DNA of 64,000 bases. Origin: Octopus vulgaris. Lineage: Eukaryota. This document shows positions 1-13,327 of this stretch, piece after piece (the first letter of the stretch is position 1; each line of letters begins with the position of its first letter). Below the pieces are notes generated by a model, which did not search any database, was not told where the DNA came from, and saw only the letters and a list, made by a program, of their open reading frames with translations. The translations under genes and the position numbers were made by a program. The stretch covers positions 11,098,001 to 11,162,000 of the forward strand of contig OX597829.1 in the NCBI GenBank assembly GCA_951406725.2, written 5' to 3'.

Positions 1-501
1 ACACACATACACATAAAGTCTGTATAATTATTTATAAATGTGAATATCTTTATATGTTTGCGTGCGTCTATATATATATATATATATTCATTTATATATG
101 TATGCATGTATGTATGTATGCATGTATGCATGTATGTATGTATGTATGTATGTATGTATGTATGTATGTATGTATGTATGTATGTATGTGTACGATTACT
201 GGGGTCAGTTGTTTTTTTATACTTGATTTTTTTTTCACCTGACTGCCCAACTTGTTTCGTTTGGAATTATCAGCAGGTACCTAAAAAGAAATAGTTAATT
301 AATGCTTTCATCACCATAAAGATAGATCTCCCAGTTTGAGAGATCAAAATCGATGTTATTACTTTCAACCCATCCACTAGTCAGCCATTTAAACACTCTT
401 CCCTTCATCTTTTCCCTCTCTTTCTCTCTTCCTATTTCTCTGCACACCTCATTCTGTGTTTCTCTTTCTTCCTCTCTCTCTTTCTCTCATTCTCTCTCTC
501 T

Positions 502-568
<67 letters not shown>

Positions 569-1559
569 ACTTGCCATTCCCATCACAAAACCTAAGTGTC
601 AATATTCTGAAATAAACTGAAACTGCAATCTCTCTCCATTTAAGAGCTATATATATATTCTTGCACACGCACGCACGCACGCACGCACGCACACGCACAC
701 ATACACATACGCGCACGCGCATCACAAACACGCACTCGCAGAGAGAAACATCCTTGTATCGCCTTATTACGATATATATGCGAACACACGTACTACATAT
801 ATATGGAGACAAATATATGTGCGCGCGTGACAGTGTATGTGTCTGGGAATGTATGTGTGTCTATGCGTGCGTGTATGTGAGTGCGCGTGCGAGTGCGTTA
901 GTGTAGGGCATGGAATTAGCGCAATCGCTAGAGCGTTGGATTAAATGCATTGTAGTATTTGCCTCGGTTCTCTGCACTGTAAGTTCAAATCCGTCCGAGG
1001 TCGCCTTTGCTTTTTATCCTTTCATGGTTGATAAATAGAGTGTCGGTCAAGTAACGAGAACGTATTTTATGTCTCTCTCACTCTCTCTATCTATCTATCT
1101 CTATCTATCTTTCTCTCTCTCCCTCCCTCCTTCTCTCTCTTTTTTATATTTCTCTCTTTCTCTCAGTCTTTCTTTCTTACTCGCTTTCTCTCTCCACATG
1201 CGTGTGTGTTCGTGCGTGTGTTCGTGTGTGTGTGAGTATGTACGTATGCTCGTGTGTGTGTGTGTATGTTCGTGTGTCTGTATGTATGTTCGTGAGTGTG
1301 TGTTCGTGTGTGTGTGTGTGGGGTGGATTATATCTGTAATTCAAGCTCCATCTCTGTGACATTTTACCACTCTGATTCGGTCACTTAACATGTTAATTTC
1401 ACAAGTATAGACTCATTCGATCATACAAGCGGATGCTCGTCTTTGAAGCAGACGTAGAACCCCCCCACACACACACACACATACACACACATACATACAC
1501 ACATATATGTATATGAGAGCGTCTGTACCTATTGATAAAATATAAGTTGAATTATTATT

Positions 1560-1601
<42 letters not shown>

Positions 1602-1661
1602 ATTTATTATCCTCATCATCATTATTATTATCATCATCATCATCATCATGATTATCCAATA

Positions 1662-2005
1662 TCGTGATGTTGATTGAAGATATTGTGTGTACCCGGATTT
1701 TGTACCGTTTGCCAAGTCACAACAAGGACCTCAGACAGACACTACTTTACGCAATATGCATGCTGTTCCAAGTAATGCCGACTTTTGCATTACACCTAGA
1801 TTGTAGGATATTTCTAAAGTTTACAGATGTTTTTTTTTTTCAGGTTGTTGGTATTGAACCCAATGGCAGCAGAGACAAACTTTATGTTCAAATCCTGCAG
1901 CTGCCACATCTTAGCGATCTCAATTCTCAAATTTCTATATTTATCAACCTTTTCTCTTTCTTTCATTATAATATATTGATCCCCTGGCACTACCACGTCG
2001 AATGT
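1662..2005 (-). mobile_element. Decayed Dong/R4 3' fragment
   Basis: KEREKVDKYRNLRIEIAKMW, with its 3' end abutting (ATC/ATT)n. Confidence 0.75.
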
Positions 2006-2013
2006 ATCTCAAA

Positions 2014-2470
2014 GGCAACGAGCTAACAGAATCGTTAGCATGCCGGCGAGCTGACAGAAACGTTAGCACGCCGGTAGAAATAATTAGCGGTATTTCGTCT
2101 GCCGTTACGTTCTGAGTTCAAATTCCGCCGAGGTTGAATTTGCCTTTCATCCTTTCGGGGTCGATAAATTAAGTACCAGTTACGCACTGGGCTCGATGTA
2201 ATCGACTTAATCCCTTTGTCCATGTTTGTCCTCTCTATATTTAGCTCCTTGTGGGCAATAAAGAAATAAGAATCGTTAGCATGCCGGACGGAAAGCCACG
2301 TTGTATTTCGTCCGTCTTTATATTTTGAGTACAAACTCGACCGAGGTTGACTTTGCCTTTCATTCTTTCGCAGGTTCGATAAATAAGTACCAGTTGAGCA
2401 CTGGAGTCTATCTAATTGATTCTTCTCCTCCCATAAAATTTCAAACCTTGTTCCTTTAGCAGAAATGATC
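2014..2470 (+). mobile_element. Nested tRNA-headed SINEs (family A): one copy (~2045-2270) inserted in the head of a related copy
   Basis: tRNA-like head with GAGTTCAAATTCC B-box, central GCCTTTCATCCTTTCGGGGTCGATAAA domain and AATAAAGAAATAAG tail. AGAATCGTTAGCATGCC is duplicated at 2028-2044 and 2269-2285 (TSD). Confidence 0.85.
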
Positions 2471-3641
2471 GTTTATATGCTTCTCCAGCCAACACGCAGG
2501 AAGTAAAAACGCCTTTCCTTTCAAAAACCAGGATCTACCAAAACAAAAGGTCGATTTTTACCTTTCAACCTTTCGGGGTCGACAAAATAAGTATCAGTCG
2601 AGCACTAGAGTCGATGTAAAGATGTAAAGATTTACCAAACTTACTGGCATTGTGCCAAAATTTGAAACCAATATTTCCAGTACAGTTTTATGACTGCTCT
2701 CCAAGTCCTTCACCCTTGAGAAATTCAGGAGAATAACATCGATGCATTTTACATTAGCAAGGTATTTGTAGGTAGGGCACGAAAATCCGGCTAAACAATT
2801 CACCGATAGAATCCATCTGCACCAGACTCTTGAGCTTATTGTAAGATCACACCTTCGAAATATACACAAGCACAACAGTATACCTGGTATACCTAAAACT
2901 CAGTTATGTCGCCCACACTTTTCGTCTTGAATATTAACAAACTGATTGTCATCATCTTTAACCACTCTTATATCTATGCTGATGTTACTCTTCATACTTC
3001 TGAACTTGTCGAATATAAGCATCACCAACACAGCTTAGATAATTCACATCAAACTTGAACTACCACCATGAAAATAATCTTAAAATTTATTCTCCACTGA
3101 GGATAATGACAAACGTGTCTATTTCAACAATACAAAGAAACAGTCACTGCGTACACGAAGGCAAAATAATCATCTACCGTACTCTCAATAACGAAGAACA
3201 TATAATTAACTTCCATCACATACACACAATCTCCTTCCTTCGTCACTAACTTGTGCCATTCACAAACAGCTTTGTCCACCCGGTCCTGTCCATAATTTTA
3301 TTAACTAACATTGTTTTTTTTATCTTTCCAACAAGTATCTAGCTAAAAATGTTTCCATGAAACATTATCTACATCAGTCTTACCAATCTCGAAGATTTTG
3401 CGAAGGTTACTTACACAGTCCCTTCCACTTACTGAAAGCTCTGGAGACAAAATATTTAGTTGTCAAGTTAAACAGAAAAACAAATAATTATGCGTACGGT
3501 AAACAGCGAGAATCAAAATGATAACTTGTATTTTCATGCTTAAATCGGTGAACACTTAAATTGTGGTTGTTTCGTCATAGAAGAATAAATTCTCCTTTCA
3601 AACAAATATTTGTTCATAACACAGTTCATTTGTGTAAGAGT

Positions 3642-3691
3642 ACTCTAGTAAACTAGGTGTTTCGACATCACTGGGTCTCGTCAGCCAAAAT
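3642..3691 (-). ncRNA. Hammerhead ribozyme-like motif (partly degenerate)
   Basis: Reverse complement reads ATTTTGG-CTGACGA-GAC ccagtgat GTC-GAAAC-accta-GTTTA-CTAGAGT. Stem I pairs only with G-U wobbles. Confidence 0.55.
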
Positions 3692-4183
3692 TAACCCGGA
3701 CTAATAAATCTAACAAGAGTTTGTAACACTTAGTTTTAATTCTGCAAATGATAGGTGACATGCGTTTATATAAAGACATTTTCACAGAGAATATTAGTAA
3801 ATTATTGTTGTTCTGTCACCGTTGTTACCGCCACTGTTGTGGATTTTACCATATTTTTGTCGTCAAACTTTTAGTTGGCGTCTCATTGATGTCCGTTCGT
3901 ATATTTTGATGTTTTCCGATTTTTTTTTATTTTTTTTTACATTGAAGATTTCTGCAGATTTTAGGTTTTTCTTTGTTTGTAATTTTGTTTTAAGGATCAA
4001 CTGTAGAAGAGAACCGCTACACTAGCGGTTCTCTTCCACAGTCCCAGGCAAATAAATGTGAGAATAATGAAAAATATTGCAGCGTCTAAGAAGGAAAGGC
4101 GGAAAAAAAATTAGAAAATTTCAGTTTCAAATCTAATATTGTGTTCGAGTTAGAGGATCGTGTTTGCGTTGTCATGAGGCAAA

Positions 4184-4235
<52 letters not shown>

Positions 4236-4625
4236 ACAACAACAATAACAATAATAATAATAGCAATGGTGATGAAAATAATAAATGTTGTATTGTTAAA
4301 AGTGTAGATTTTCAGTGATGATTCCGTGTTATATGTAACTAATTACATACCACTCTGGAGTTCCATCAAAGTAGAGTTATGTTGACGTGATGGCATATCT
4401 TAGTAGACCACCAGTTGATTCGGTTAGATAGAAACCATATTGAATTTCGTTAAGAGACAATGACTTGTTCATAGCATTATCCATTAATCTGGTAATGTTT
4501 CACAACCGAGAGATTGGCGATGTCTAATTTCAGGGTGTGGTGACAGCAAAACATCGACAGCGTTGGCCACTACTACTACTGTTTGCTGGTGATGTTGGTA
4601 TTATTATTATTATTATTATTATTAT

Positions 4626-4678
<53 letters not shown>

Positions 4679-5978
4679 TCATGTTATGAAGTTAAAGGGT
4701 GGAATCGGTTTGATTTAGCAAGAAGTATTGTGTAGTGCTAGATTCGTCAGGTCACCAAAATAGAGATTTTTATTGTGAAAATAAGATTTATTTCATGTAG
4801 ACCAAAAGGAAAGTTAGGAGGGGGCGACAGTGGAATTTCTAGATTCTTGGAGAAAGAAACTCAAGAAGAGATTTCAAAAATAAAATAATATAATTCAAAT
4901 AGATAAAATTGAAGAAGAGAAACCAATTGTCCGGACGACAAATATCAGTGCAGATAGAAAAGTGTAGTTTTATAGTTTTTAAGTATATACTTAAATTTAT
5001 TTGCAAGAACGTTTCAATGTGTCCGTGTGTTTCTAAGAGAGAAAAAGGGGGCGAAGAAAGAAGTAGAAAAGTGATAGAGAAGACGTTTGTGTGTGTATGT
5101 GAATGCACGTGTGTGTGTGTGCGTGTGTGTGTTCATATATGTGTGTGATAAAATATCTTTGATATCTACAGTCTTTGTACATTGCGCAGAATATTACTCG
5201 CCAGCAAACTAAATCTAATTTCCTTGTGATGACGCTAGTAGGTATTCGGAGAAACAATATTCGTGATATGCACGATAATGGAGGACGATGAATTGGTAAC
5301 GACAGAGTGAACTACTAGTCAAATATCATGTAAATAAAGTCTTTTGAAAGCCTTATCTCATGTCCGGCAAAGATTTATTACATGTCCTGCAAGTAATTCA
5401 AGCAGACACGGCCAACATTATCTCGTGGTCAGCGCACGAAATAGAGTTTTCGTTTTGTGTAACTTGATAAAGAATGAACCATCTCGTGTCTTATTACTTT
5501 AAATATCGCAGTATTATTCGACCATACACTATTCTAAGAATATTGAGCGATTTTTAAAAACTAGTCTGCTTAGTTCGAAAAAGAGATGTGATTGAAGTGT
5601 AATTAAACGAAAAGATTTTTTACTTAAGTAAAGCCCAGAAAACAATAATTCTTTTTTATATACAGTTTCCCTCATCAGACATGAAAACCAGTAGAGAAAA
5701 CACGTAATTTAATTCTTTTCTTTTCTATCTTAATTCCAGATTCCTATTTGGTACGTTACCGGAAGTTTTACACGAAAGCTTTATTCTGAGAACTTCGCTA
5801 ATATTTTACCTGCAAAATGAAATGGTCGTATAAAATAAAAACCATGAACTCTTGAGCTCATTGCATGTTGTTACTAATGCCCTACAACACTCGCATACTA
5901 ATATGTGTGTGTATGTGCGTGTGTGTGTATGTGTGGAAAAAGACTGGTACACAAAAGTAGGAATAAGGACTGTATTTA

Positions 5979-7234
5979 ACAGGCCATCCCATAAGTTCTG
6001 TCCAATTTTACCTTTTTTAAAATTGAATGAAATTTACTAGTATTTTAGAATGTCTAATGAAATTAAAAATTATTTTTATGCATTTGTGTACATTTAAACT
6101 AATTAAATATTAGTTTATAGAATAATAAAATTAAAATTTCTTTGATGAAAACCCTTTCTAACATGGAAGTATCCAAAGAGCATTTAAGGCACATAATGTT
6201 TTATGAGTACAAAAAAGGAAACTCCGCAGCCGAAGCGACTCGAAACATACATTTAGTTTATGGGAAATAATGCTCGAATAAAAGAACTTGTAGAAGATGG
6301 TTTGCAAAATTCAGAAGTGGAGATTTCAGCCTTGAAGATGAAGATCGAACAGGACGTCCAGTTGAATTTGATGATAAGCTCCTTGAGGCATTACTTGAAG
6401 AAAATCCTGCATAATCAGTTGAAGAATTGGCAATAAAGCTTAGTTCAAACCATACAACTGTTCATCGTCATCTTCAACAATTTGGAAATGTTCCTATATT
6501 TGGAAAATGGGTGCCTCATGAATTGTCCGAAAGCAACCGCCAGTCCCGAGTTGGTATCTGCCCCTTTCTCCATTCTCGCGAACTCATTTCACCCTTTTTG
6601 CTGACTGGTGACGGAAAATGGATCTTCTATCGAAATGTTAAACGTCGTAAACAGTGGCTTGGTAAAAGGGGAAAAGCTCAACCACAACCGAGAAGGGAAT
6701 TTCTTGGGAAAAAGGTTCTTTTCTCTATCTGGTGGGATTGCAATTGTTACCACCTAATGCAACAATCAATGCTCAAGTCTACTGTCAGCAATTAAGAGTT
6801 TGAACCCAGCTTTGAAGAAAAAAAGACCTTTTGTGAATCAAAAAGGAGTGATGTTTCATCAGGACAATGCGCGACCCCACGCTGCAAAGATCATATCACA
6901 GAAGATCGAAGAGCTTAGCTGGGAAAAAAATTCTCCTCCATCTTATTCTCCCGACCCTGCTCCTTCAGAGTATCATTTGTTTCGTAGTTTACAGAATCAT
7001 TTTCAGGATATAACTTTCGCAAGCCCAAAGGAGGTCGAAAATGACATTTCAGAGTTCTTCGCTTTGAAACCAAAAGAGTTTTACATTGATGGGATTAAAA
7101 ACCTTGTAAATAGATGGAAGGAAGACATACATAATCAGGGAAAGTACATTGATAATTAAATTTCAATTAAATATAACATTTGATCACTTGTTTTCTTTAT
7201 TCAAAATTCAAACAGAACTTATGGGATGACCTGA
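5979..7234 (+). mobile_element. Full-length (~1.26 kb) mariner DNA transposon, inactive
   Basis: TIRs CAGGCCATCCCATAAGTTCTGT / ACAGAACTTATGGGATGACCTG flanked by TA; contains a transposase pseudogene. Confidence 0.95.
6163..7159 (+). pseudogene. Mariner (DD34D-type) transposase pseudogene
   Basis: MEVSKEHLRHIMFYEYKKG start, WVPHEL, LTGDGKW, HQDNARPH and YSPDPAPSEYHLF motifs, with in-frame stops and a frameshift/deletion. Confidence 0.95.
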
Positions 7235-7274
7235 TATATATATATCTTGATAGATAGATATACAGACAGACATC

Positions 7275-7405
<131 letters not shown>

Positions 7406-7454
7406 AAGCACAAATTATTCGTGATCAGAGTTTGTCGAAAACCGAGGTACTACT

Positions 7455-7488
<34 letters not shown>

Positions 7489-7489
7489 T

Positions 7490-7857
7490 TTAAATGAGGG
7501 TGAGAAATTAGATATAGAATTTAATTAACATTGATTTCACACCAGTGGTCTAGCATATAAAAAAACTGAAGGTTCAGAAAAATTGTTCTCAAGAAAAATT
7601 TAGCCAAACAACCAAAACGTAATCGAGCAAGACAAAAGTCTGTTTTACGAGTCTGACTTTGTGCGGACGTCCTAGTATGCAGTCCTGCAAATTATATTCA
7701 TCTGGACGGTCGCACCGATGATCTACAGACATTTATGTAAGTAAAATTACGTAATATGTTAATAGTGAAACATGTATGCGAATAATCCATATTTTTATTG
7801 CTTTTTCTTTTGTCTTGCTCGATTACGATTTGGTTGTTTTGCTAAATTTTTCTTGAG
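7490..7857. mobile_element. Penelope pLTR/retrozyme-like unit with inverted repeat and HHR
   Basis: ~50-bp inverted repeat at 7588-7638 / 7807-7857 and HHR at 7710-7781. Shares ATGCTAGACCACTGGT (reverse strand) with the 16924-17660 element. Confidence 0.7.
7710..7781 (+). ncRNA. Type I hammerhead ribozyme, CCGAUGA core
   Basis: TCGCA-CCGATGA-[stem II CTA...TAG with extension]-GAAACATGTA-TGCGA. Perfect 5-bp stem I, palindromic stem III ACATGT, GUA triplet. Confidence 0.75.
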
Positions 7858-7959
7858 GACATTTCTTAGTATAAGACCATAGGGGATCTATTTCTAGCAT
7901 AAGGGTGTCCACATAGTGGATTTCCTCTAATATGTATATAATACAGTTTTATATATATA

Positions 7960-8449
7960 CTAGCAGTATCGCCCGGCGTTGCTCGGGTTTGTAAGGGAAA
8001 TAACTATATAAGCATTTTTAGAGAGTTACTTCCCTTATAAATTCGGGCTTTCTTAGCCATTTTTGTTTTGGTGTCTTCAAGCCATGAAGTCGTTGTTCTA
8101 AAAGAACGCTGGTTTCCTTCACAACGCATTACGACGTTGATTTCTTTACACTCCCTTCCCCACAGCTTCACGAGGGAGGGAAGGGGGAGAAGCAAACAGG
8201 TGCAGCTGTGAGCGTGGACGCCAACTCCGCCGCCATCGACACACGATGCATTTTATGCATTAAAATGGAATAAAATATGATGTTAAATTATTTTTAAAAT
8301 CGTAGACTCATCGTTGACGCGCGCTAATAGTCAGACAGGCTCGATATGAATCACGACTATAAGATACCCGAATTTGGTTAAACTGCATCTCAAAATGTGG
8401 GAGGAGTTAGGAATCTAAATCGAAGGGGACAGACACTCACACAACTAGA

Positions 8450-8493
<44 letters not shown>
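7960..8493 (-). mobile_element. Non-autonomous Helitron
   Basis: The minus strand ends in the hairpin CCCGAGCAACGCCGGG followed by CTAG|T. The 5' end is TC-TATATA...AAAACTCTAG next to a microsatellite. Confidence 0.75.
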
Positions 8494-8530
<37 letters not shown>

Positions 8531-8535
8531 ATTTA

Positions 8536-9423
8536 CAGGGTGCGATGTGTAAATAGTAGTCGTGTTATATTTTTAACTTCGTGCATGCGCATTCTTTATC
8601 TTTAATTTTGTCAAATACACAGTATAGTAGGATCAGTTGTGCACCATCTGTGAGTAAAATAACACCATGACGCAGTTCACTCTACCAGAAATTTTTGAAA
8701 GGACATGTTGCATTACTTGGCATTCGCGCCGGAAGATCTAATACGAATATTTCAGAATGTTTGGGTGTCACACTGAGGACAGTGCAATCTGGGGATATGT
8801 ACCGAGAGTGATAAAAATCAAGCATCCAGTCAACATCATGGTATTTTGAGTGATCATTAGTGATGGCAACGTTATGCCCCCATTCATCTTCCCACACAGC
8901 CTCAAGCTCAACACAGAGGCATACATGAAGTGCCTGAAAGAGGTAGTGCTGCCCTAGGTCAAAAGAATGGCTGCTGGAAAACCCTGTGTCTGGCAACAGG
9001 ACTCTGCACCATGCCACGCATACAAGAGAAACAAGTCATTGCTATCATACAATTTCTGCGACCACATCACCCCTAACATCTGACCACCCAACTCCCCAGA
9101 CTGCAACCTCCTTTGATTACGTGTGGGGTGCAATTGAGCAGGAAGCAAACAAAGCTCCTTGTAACACCAAAGATGAACTGAAGGCAAAGATTATGGTAGC
9201 ATTCACCAACTTAAACAAGGAGACCATCCAGAAGAGTTGCAGGATATTCTGAAGTTGTCTGGAGGCTGTGGTTGAAGCCAATGGTGATTTTATTGAATAA
9301 ATTTACTCTTTAGTATTTGAAGATATTTTCATGTAATTTTGGTAAATATATCTGTTAAAACGAGAAGTCAGTGTTATTTTCATTTTTGTGTAATTTAGAC
9401 GACAATTTATTCACTGCACCCTG
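8536..9423 (+). mobile_element. Internally deleted Tc1/mariner element (maT/DD37D-like)
   Basis: TA-CAGGGTGC ... GCACCCTG-TA ends, with remnants WQQDSAPCH and PPNSPDCN...DYVWGAIE. Confidence 0.85.
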
Positions 9424-9930
9424 TATATATACATGTAGATATATATATATATATATATGTGTATGTATGTATGTGTGTATGTGTGTGTGTGTGTGTGTGT
9501 ATGCGTGTGTGTATTCTCATTCATGTACATATATTATATATATATATGTGAGTATTATTCTCTTAATTAAAATGTTTCACTTTAGTCTACGTAGACTTCC
9601 GGTTTTCATCTCAAATTACTGACGTCATTATTGCCGAAATCGATCACATGACGCTTCATTTAAAAGATTTTGTTGAATTTCACAGACTGTTTTAATACCA
9701 TTTCAATTTAGTTTTATTTTTCAGCGTTTTCAATTAAATCTAGTTAATATTTCAATGTCTCTGTGTGTTTTTTTAACATGATTTATGCAAGGTCCTCTGT
9801 AAATGTTTCCAAGAAAATTTCTTACATCTTAAATCAAATAACACTGCTGCTGGTGGAAAAGTGTTCTGTCTCAACGCTAAACATACATACATACATACAT
9901 ACATACATACATACATACATACATACATAC

Positions 9931-10345
9931 ATAGGGCAAAGGTATGTACCATCATAGAGGTCAGCTGCCCTGCAAATATAAATATTTCTTTGATTATCAA
10001 AGAAAAAGAGGGTATCTATGTATGAACACCTGCTTCGAAACCTCCAGCTTCTATATCCAGACTATGAATTCACATTAATACCAATAATAATTGGAACACT
10101 AGGTTTTGTCAGTAAATGCTTAAAGAAGAATCTGGATAAACTGGGATTTTCAGAAAGAAAAATTAACCGACTGATCCATACATTACAAGTGCAATCTGTG
10201 AGTGGAACAGTAAAAATATTCAAGACTTTTCTCAAATTCCAAATGTGAATTTGTCTGTGTTAACTACATCCCAAAGATGGAGCCTTGTATCTTTGTTGCA
10301 AACCAGCTCCCTCCTCAGTGGAATATTTATAATAATCAAAAAAAT
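9931..10345 (+). mobile_element. 5'-truncated R4-like RLE non-LTR retrotransposon in (TACA)n
   Basis: EVSCPA and YEHLLRNLQLLYPDYEFTLIPIIIGTLG endonuclease C-terminus, homologous to the 35393 and 36105 copies. TACA repeats upstream and CATACATA downstream. Confidence 0.8.
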
Positions 10346-11089
10346 AAGAGACACATACATATGCATATACATATATTGTTCATATAAGGATTTGTGAACT
10401 TTTGAGAGGACGTAAAATAATTCTTTTTAAAAAGATTTGATCCTGAAGGGTAGTTTTCGAATTTTTCTATCCAAAAACGTTCTTTCAACCCAATATATCC
10501 ATGCTATTATTTATAGCTTCATGTACTTCGAGATCCACTGTTGCAAGAAATAAGAAATATACATGTGTGTCTGTCTGTCTGTGTGTGTGTGTGTGTCTGT
10601 CTGTCTTCTGCCTGCTTGTGTGTCTGTATGTGACTGTGCTCTTTTGATAGACTCATAAATTTGTCGAAACCCCTCTCCCTACATGCCTGGATTTAGTCAA
10701 AACTTTAAAAAGGAACTGTGACAGAGGAAGTATCGTTTCAAGTGGTTAACAGGTACTTTATCTCTTCAAAAAGAAAAGAAAGTAAAGTTACCTTCGGCGG
10801 GGTCTAAACACTGTGGAAGCTGAAAAGCACGAACAAATGCCGCATGGCATTCTGTCCAGGCGTCCTAATGAGGCGGCTAAACAGCTATTTATATATATAT
10901 ATATATTGTGTGTGTGTAAGTGTGTGTGTGTGTGTATGTGTGTGTGTGTGTGTACATATATGCGCGCGTGCATTACTATATATTGCATAGAAGGCGGCGT
11001 GTGTGTGTGTGTGTGCCTGTGTGTGTGTGACTGTGCGTGTATATATATATATATATATAATTTCAAGGAATATATATATACACGCACAG

Positions 11090-11123
<34 letters not shown>

Positions 11124-11125
<2 letters not shown>

Positions 11126-11302
11126 CGGAGTGCTAAAAAGTTCCTGAATTTAAGGGTATCGCAAAAGGCCTGGTTTGAAGCTCAACCACCCGAGTTTTTT
11201 TACAGGTGTGTGAATCTGAAAGGGGAATATGTTAAATAAAATCATAATTAACTGATCCTCTCGAATTTTCTTTACTCAAAGTCAGGAACTTTCAGCATCC
11301 CT
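11124..11302 (+). mobile_element. Mariner-derived MITE remnant
   Basis: Imperfect TIR GTGCTAAAAAGTTCCTGA / TCAGGAACTTTCAGCAT and a CVNLKGEYVK mariner C-terminus remnant. Confidence 0.65.
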
Positions 11303-11317
11303 AGCATGTGTACATAT

Positions 11318-11733
11318 TCTTTTATTCTTTTATTTGTTTCAGTCATTTGATTGCAGCTATGCAGGAGTACCGCCTTGAAGTGTTTTAGTCCAACAAATCA
11401 ACCCCAAGACATTATTTTTAAGCCTTGTACTTTTATCCCAATCTTTTGCTAAATCGCTAAATTAAAGGGACGTGAACATACAAACACCGGTTATCAAGCG
11501 ACGTTGGAGGGCAAACACAGGCACAAAGATGCACACACGCACATACACAAATACACACACACACACACACCTACTATTGGTATCTTTCAGTTTCTACCAA
11601 ATCCATGCACAAGGCTTTTGTCGGCCCGAGGCTATAGTAGAAGACACTTGCCCAAGGTGCAACGCTATGGGACTGAACTCGGAACCATATGGTTGAGAAG
11701 CAAGCTCTGTACCACACAGCCACGCTTGCGCCT
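11318..11733 (-). mobile_element. tRNA-headed SINE family B (CORE-like)
   Basis: Reverse-complement homolog of 33206-33631 (GGCTGTGTGGTA head, CTTGGGCAAGTGTCTTCT). Confidence 0.85.
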
Positions 11734-12042
11734 AATTGTGCCTTATATATATGTATCACAGAAGTATGTACGCCCCTAAAAAATTTCAGTAAAATTGCCA
11801 TTACTCCGGTAATATCGAAGGAGATCAAATAAAATTTATACTAAATAAAATATATTATACATGCAAACATAATACAAATTTGGAACACAAACCAGTGTTT
11901 CTCAACCTTTTTACATTTGCATAACCCTTAAAATAAATTACATGTCTCAAGCAACCCCAACACAAAAAAAAATTATATACCATAATATTTTTCAAAATAT
12001 CAATATAAATATGAAAAATATGTATATATATATATATATATA

Positions 12043-13109
12043 CCTCCGAGACATCCGTCTCGGCCATGACACCCCGGTCTCACGCCATTTCCGCTCCACC
12101 GGTCACTCCTTGCAACACCTGTCAGTGTTCGGATTGTCCTTGCACAGAGGCCATCCGGACTTCCGTTTGCGCCGTGAACAGGGATTAATCTTCTCTCTTC
12201 GCTCTTTTTCGCCATTTGGGCTCAACTCTCCTCCCCTCTTCTTCTAACCTCCTCCCCGACTCCTACTTCTCTTTACTTCTACATTACTCTCTTTCCCTCT
12301 TCTATCTTACTCTCTTTCTCTCTTCCTTCTCTCTTTCTCTCTTCTCTCTTACACTCTTCCCTCCTTCTCACTTCTCTCTTATTCTCTTTCTCTCTTCTCT
12401 CTTACTCTTTCACCCTCTCTTTCTCTCTTCTCTCTTACCCTCTTTCTCTCTTCCCTCTTCCTCTCTCTTCTCACATACCCACCTTCCCCTCCCCCATAAG
12501 CCCACCCCCTTACACATTCCTACTCCACGATCCCTATCCTTCCCACACACCCCCATCCTATCACACACACCCTCTCTCACATGCCCCACCCTCTGCCTAC
12601 CCACAAACCCCAACTCTATCCCAACCCTCAGCCGAACCCACACCTAGCCCGTGCTTTCGCCACACTCGCTTACCCCACTTCCCAACATCACACCACACCA
12701 CACTACACCATACAACATTACACATCACATCACAACACACCACCCACACACCCATTCCCACATTTTCACACCTACACATACATACACGCACACATCCAGA
12801 CCACCAGCCCTCTTTCACACGCACATACATACTCTCTTATACAAAAACGCACCTTTGTGTTGGGGGTCATCTTTACCTTGTAATCTCCCCTACTTTCCTT
12901 CTCCTGTCTGACTCGTCTGTCCGGCACTAGTCGCCATGATAGATCGTTAGCCACAACACACATTTTTTTTCTCTCCTGTGTCCCTTTCTGTAGAAGAGCG
13001 TAGGCTCGAAACGTAAAAGACTTTTTCTATTCCTGAGCGTTATACTAATACATCTGTTTGTTTTGTACACCACCTGTCTTTGTCTTTTGTGTTTTTTTTC
13101 GTAAACTCT

Positions 13110-13112
<3 letters not shown>
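12043..13112 (+). mobile_element. Penelope-like element 3' part (GIY-YIG C-terminus, UTR, HHR)
   Basis: DTPVSRHFRSTGHS...LSVFGL...RLRREQGLIFSLRSFSPFGLN is typical of a PLE endonuclease end. Pyrimidine-rich UTR, HHR at 12984-13019, flanked by (TA)n. Confidence 0.85.
12984..13019 (+). ncRNA. Minimal hammerhead motif, CUGUAGA (A6U) core
   Basis: CTTT-CTGTAGA-A-GAGC gtag GCTC-GAAACGTA-AAAG. A decayed sibling lies at ~17738-17773. Confidence 0.6.
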
Positions 13113-13169
<57 letters not shown>

Positions 13170-13171
<2 letters not shown>

Positions 13172-13327
13172 CCGCGTGTGTATCATTGGCGATTTTTTCC
13201 TCCGTCTTCCCTTCCTTCGACCTTTCCTTTTTCTATGTTTCTGACGAAGAGCTCTGCTCGAAACGTTAAATCCTCCTTCTTTCTTTCCTTTCCCGAGCGT
13301 TCAATAACACTATACTTGTTCCACGTC
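13170..13327 (+). mobile_element. Short HHR-bearing retrozyme-like repeat, split by the LINE (resumes 15755-15800)
   Basis: Homologous to 17968-18150 (+) and 42310-42515 (-). Contains GTTT-CTGACGA-A-GAGC tct GCTC-GAAACGTT-AAA at 13237-13270. Confidence 0.75.

Noticed and set aside
2700-3300. Decayed LINE-like coding remnant
   Set aside because: No diagnostic motif recoverable by eye.
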